Shown here: piece by piece, positions 61,296 through 64,000 of the stretch
Position numbering within the stretch: position 1 is the first letter of the stretch
Layout: the number at the start of each line of letters is the position of its first letter
Assembly: GCA_973895155.1 (NCBI GenBank)
Contig: OZ316892.1
Location: 21,887,619 to 21,951,618 of the forward strand
DNA length: 64,000 bases
Source of the DNA: Marsupella aquatica
Lineage: Eukaryota; Plantae; Marchantiophyta
Direction: 5' to 3'
Notes under the pieces: generated by a model
Told to the model about the DNA's origin: nothing
Databases searched by the model: none
What the model saw: only the letters and a program-made list of their open reading frames with translations
Program-made: the position numbers and the translations under genes

Positions 61296-63273
61296 TGTGA
61301 CAGGGCCCCAAACCCGGTAGTAATTTAGTGATGACTTATAATTGCGTATATAAATAGAAAGACAAGTAGGTGTAGCAAAAGTGTTTTGATTTTCAAATTT
61401 TTATTTTATTTTTTGTTAGTTCTAATAAATTAATGCGACAACCGGCAACTGGAGTTGAGAGGGGTGTCGGGCGACAAGGGAACCATTGAGAGGGTACAAG
61501 GAGGCCACAAGGCATCCCAAGGACTTGGAGGCAAGGTGTGGGCATCTCGGAGGGGTGGGGGCTGGCCGGAGGCTCCACATAAGGTGCAAAACGGGAATAA
61601 TGAATAAAATATAAAAAACATTGAAACTTAAAATAGACGTTGTTGCGCTAGTACTATTCCAAACATGGTCATGTTTGAATTCATTTTGAAGCCCTCAATG
61701 GGCCCCATGCAAACCTAGGGTTTCCTAGTTGAGTTTAGGTCTGTATCAAACAATGACATCTCGAGAAACCTCAATGCCCGTAAAACGGTAAGACTAGGCA
61801 ATCTTAGAGTAGTGATGGTGGGAGGGCCCTTAGAAGGAAGGGGTTCCCACACTTGTGTTCCCCTTCACCCTTTGTGTGGTCCTCAATGGTTTTTGTTCTC
61901 TTTCTCTTCTACACTCCGTAGAAGGGGCCCTCACACTTTCTTCCTTCACTTTTTCTCTATTCTCACTTGTGGGGTTCCCACCCATTCCTAAACCCTAAAC
62001 CCTAAACCCTTTCCCTGTCGTGTTTGCTTTCAATGTGTGTACGGACCCTAGTTGTACGAACATCAAATTTTTGATCATCTCAAAATCAGGAGTTTACCGG
62101 GTTGTTGGAAAGAGTTTGTCGAGCTGAATATAACGACGTGTCACATGGCCAAAATGGAACTAAGATGGATGAGATATAGTGGATCACGTTTTTTTTAGAA
62201 TATGGGAGTTTGGAGGCCGTACTGACGTCCGTACTGCAGGAAGTCCCGGCTTTCCAAAGGGAGGAGGAAGTAGCAGCACCTACGGAGACCGTGATCTGTG
62301 TTTTTCAAAGCCGGGGCCCCCCTGGTGTTGTACGGACGAAACGGAGGGGGACGGTGTCCCGTAAAAACTTAAACGATCATATCTTGGTCATTTGGGATCC
62401 ATTTTGAGTGTCATTTACGGATCCATGATCAAGAGGAGCAGGGCTGTCCAGGGTTCCCCTCAGGGGAGTAGTTTGAAATATTTGAGGTTTCAACCATGAA
62501 AGGGCCTCCTCACTTCCCCAGGACTACGGATTCTGGATTGTTGTTTGGCACCATCAAAGGCACCGTCTGTCCCGTAATTGAGTAGGGTTTTAGAAGCATG
62601 TGTGTGCCGCATGTTTTAGGTTAGGGATTTCTCGTGAAAGGTTTTAGCGGCGCCGCTAGGGTAGCCGCCATCGTTGTGACCCCATGAGGGGTGCTTTGGT
62701 GTGTTTTTTTTCAGTATTTAGGGGGAGTCCCGTAGTGAGCTAGGGGGGAACTCAATTTAGTATGGAAAGATCTTTGTGAGTAGCACACAGAAGAGGAGGG
62801 ATTTTAGCCAGAGTAGTGAGGTGGAGGACGTACCGCTTGTCCCAGGGAGGTAGGAGCTGGGTAGACTGCAGGAGGCCTGGTTGTCCTTGCATGTGTTGCG
62901 TACACCACCAAGAGATATGGATTTGCTTTGAAGTTCATAAATTTTGTGTGTCACTTGTTACTTCTTGTGTTGCTTGTTTTCCTCCCCTAGTGCATGTGGT
63001 TGACTTTGTTGTGAAAGCGGTTGCCCTAGTCACTAGTGTTAAAGTCCTATTGTAAAACGTTTGTACAATTGCCCATGTGAGTGGGAGTGGTGACAGCACT
63101 CACCCGGTGGCCATTAGTTGTAGACTGTAGAGCCAGTCCCCAGGACTTGATCAAAAACGTAGAGGCCAGTCGGTAGACTTGATCAAAAAGTACACTTCCG
63201 GGAGCAGAATCAAACATACTCATTCTTAGGTGTGGGAACCCTCCAAATAGCGTCCCTCCACGACCCCGTAACA
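61296..63273. mobile_element. Probable ~2-kb solo LTR of an LTR retrotransposon
   Basis: Termini TGTGACAGGG... / ...CCCCGTAACA form TG..CA with an imperfect 10-bp inverted repeat. The interior is non-coding and contains telo-box repeats. No clean 5-bp TSD. Confidence 0.5.
61987..62010 (+). repeat. Interstitial telomere-like (CCCTAAA)n / telo-box tract
   Basis: CCTAAACCCTAAACCCTAAACCCT seen directly. Confidence 0.85.
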
Positions 63274-63393
63274 TGATACCAACAGTTTATGCAAAGGAAA
63301 GTACGATCATATAAATGGTTGGATAGGCAAGTGACAATGCCCAACTTTGTTTGTAAATGAATCATGAATATCATTGGGTCAGATCCACTCTGG

Positions 63394-63710
63394 TCCCAAT
63401 GTCAGTTGTGCCCCTAGAGTTATGGTCTAGGGTCTCCAGTTCCATTCCCAACTCTAGTCTCTCATTCCCACTGTCTGCTGTACCCCTAGAGTTATGGTCT
63501 AGGGTCTCCAGTTCCATTCCCAACTCTAGTCTCTCATTCCCACTGTCTGTTGTACCCCTAGAGTTATGGTCTAGGGTCTCCAGTTCCATTCCCAACTCCA
63601 GTCTCTCATTCCCACTGTCTGCTGTACCCCTAGAGTTATGGTCTAGAGTCTCTAGCCTCTATGGTGTCCCATTTCCAATGTCAGTTGTGCCCCAGAGTTG
63701 TCTAGACTCT
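63394..63710. repeat. 72-bp tandem repeat, ~3.5 conserved copies plus a degenerate one
   Basis: CCCCTAGAGTTATGGTCTAG at 63411, 63483, 63555 and 63627. Confidence 0.95.
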
Positions 63711-64000
63711 TTACTTTAGATATTCCCCCTTTACCCTTGCTTGCTGTGTGCAGTATAGTATATAAATGGGGATGAATATGCAGTCAGTTTCAATTGAATT
63801 TGCGCTCAGGTGATGAGTCCAAATCCATTGTCTATTCCCCCCAATAGCCCAACCTGTTATTGAAATTTTGGAAGTTGAGACCCATCGATCACCAAGTTCT
63901 CTTATACTGTCGCACCTATTACCTCGACATGCCTACCCTCTACCATTTCAGTGTGCATCCTGATAGCGAATGTTGACCGTTGCTATAGGAGGCGTCTAAA

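Overview
Eukaryotic land-plant nuclear DNA with spliceosomal introns. Gene style and repeats suggest a bryophyte such as a liverwort (inference). Seven protein-coding genes are supported. (1) An ABCG26-like half-size ABC transporter (+, ~6.1-14.9 kb). (2) A PITAIRE kinase CDKC with an intronless CDS (-). (3) Exocyst subunit EXO84 with an intronless CDS (-). (4) An AIG1/GIMAP-like GTPase (+) whose N-terminus carries extra degenerate Walker A copies. (5) XPF/UVH1 endonuclease (+), with a GC-AG last intron. (6) A 13-exon WD40-like gene (-) that the ORF track almost misses. (7) NMD factor SMG8 (+). Between genes lie a decayed PIF/Harbinger transposon, two TIR/MITE-like elements with apparent target-site duplications, a probable ~2 kb solo LTR, several tandem duplications and a degenerate repeat array with tRNA-like motifs. 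All assignments come from reading the sequence and recalled family motifs; no database searches were run. No convincing wholly new system was found. The best leads are the multi-P-loop GTPase and the splicing/regulatory oddities.
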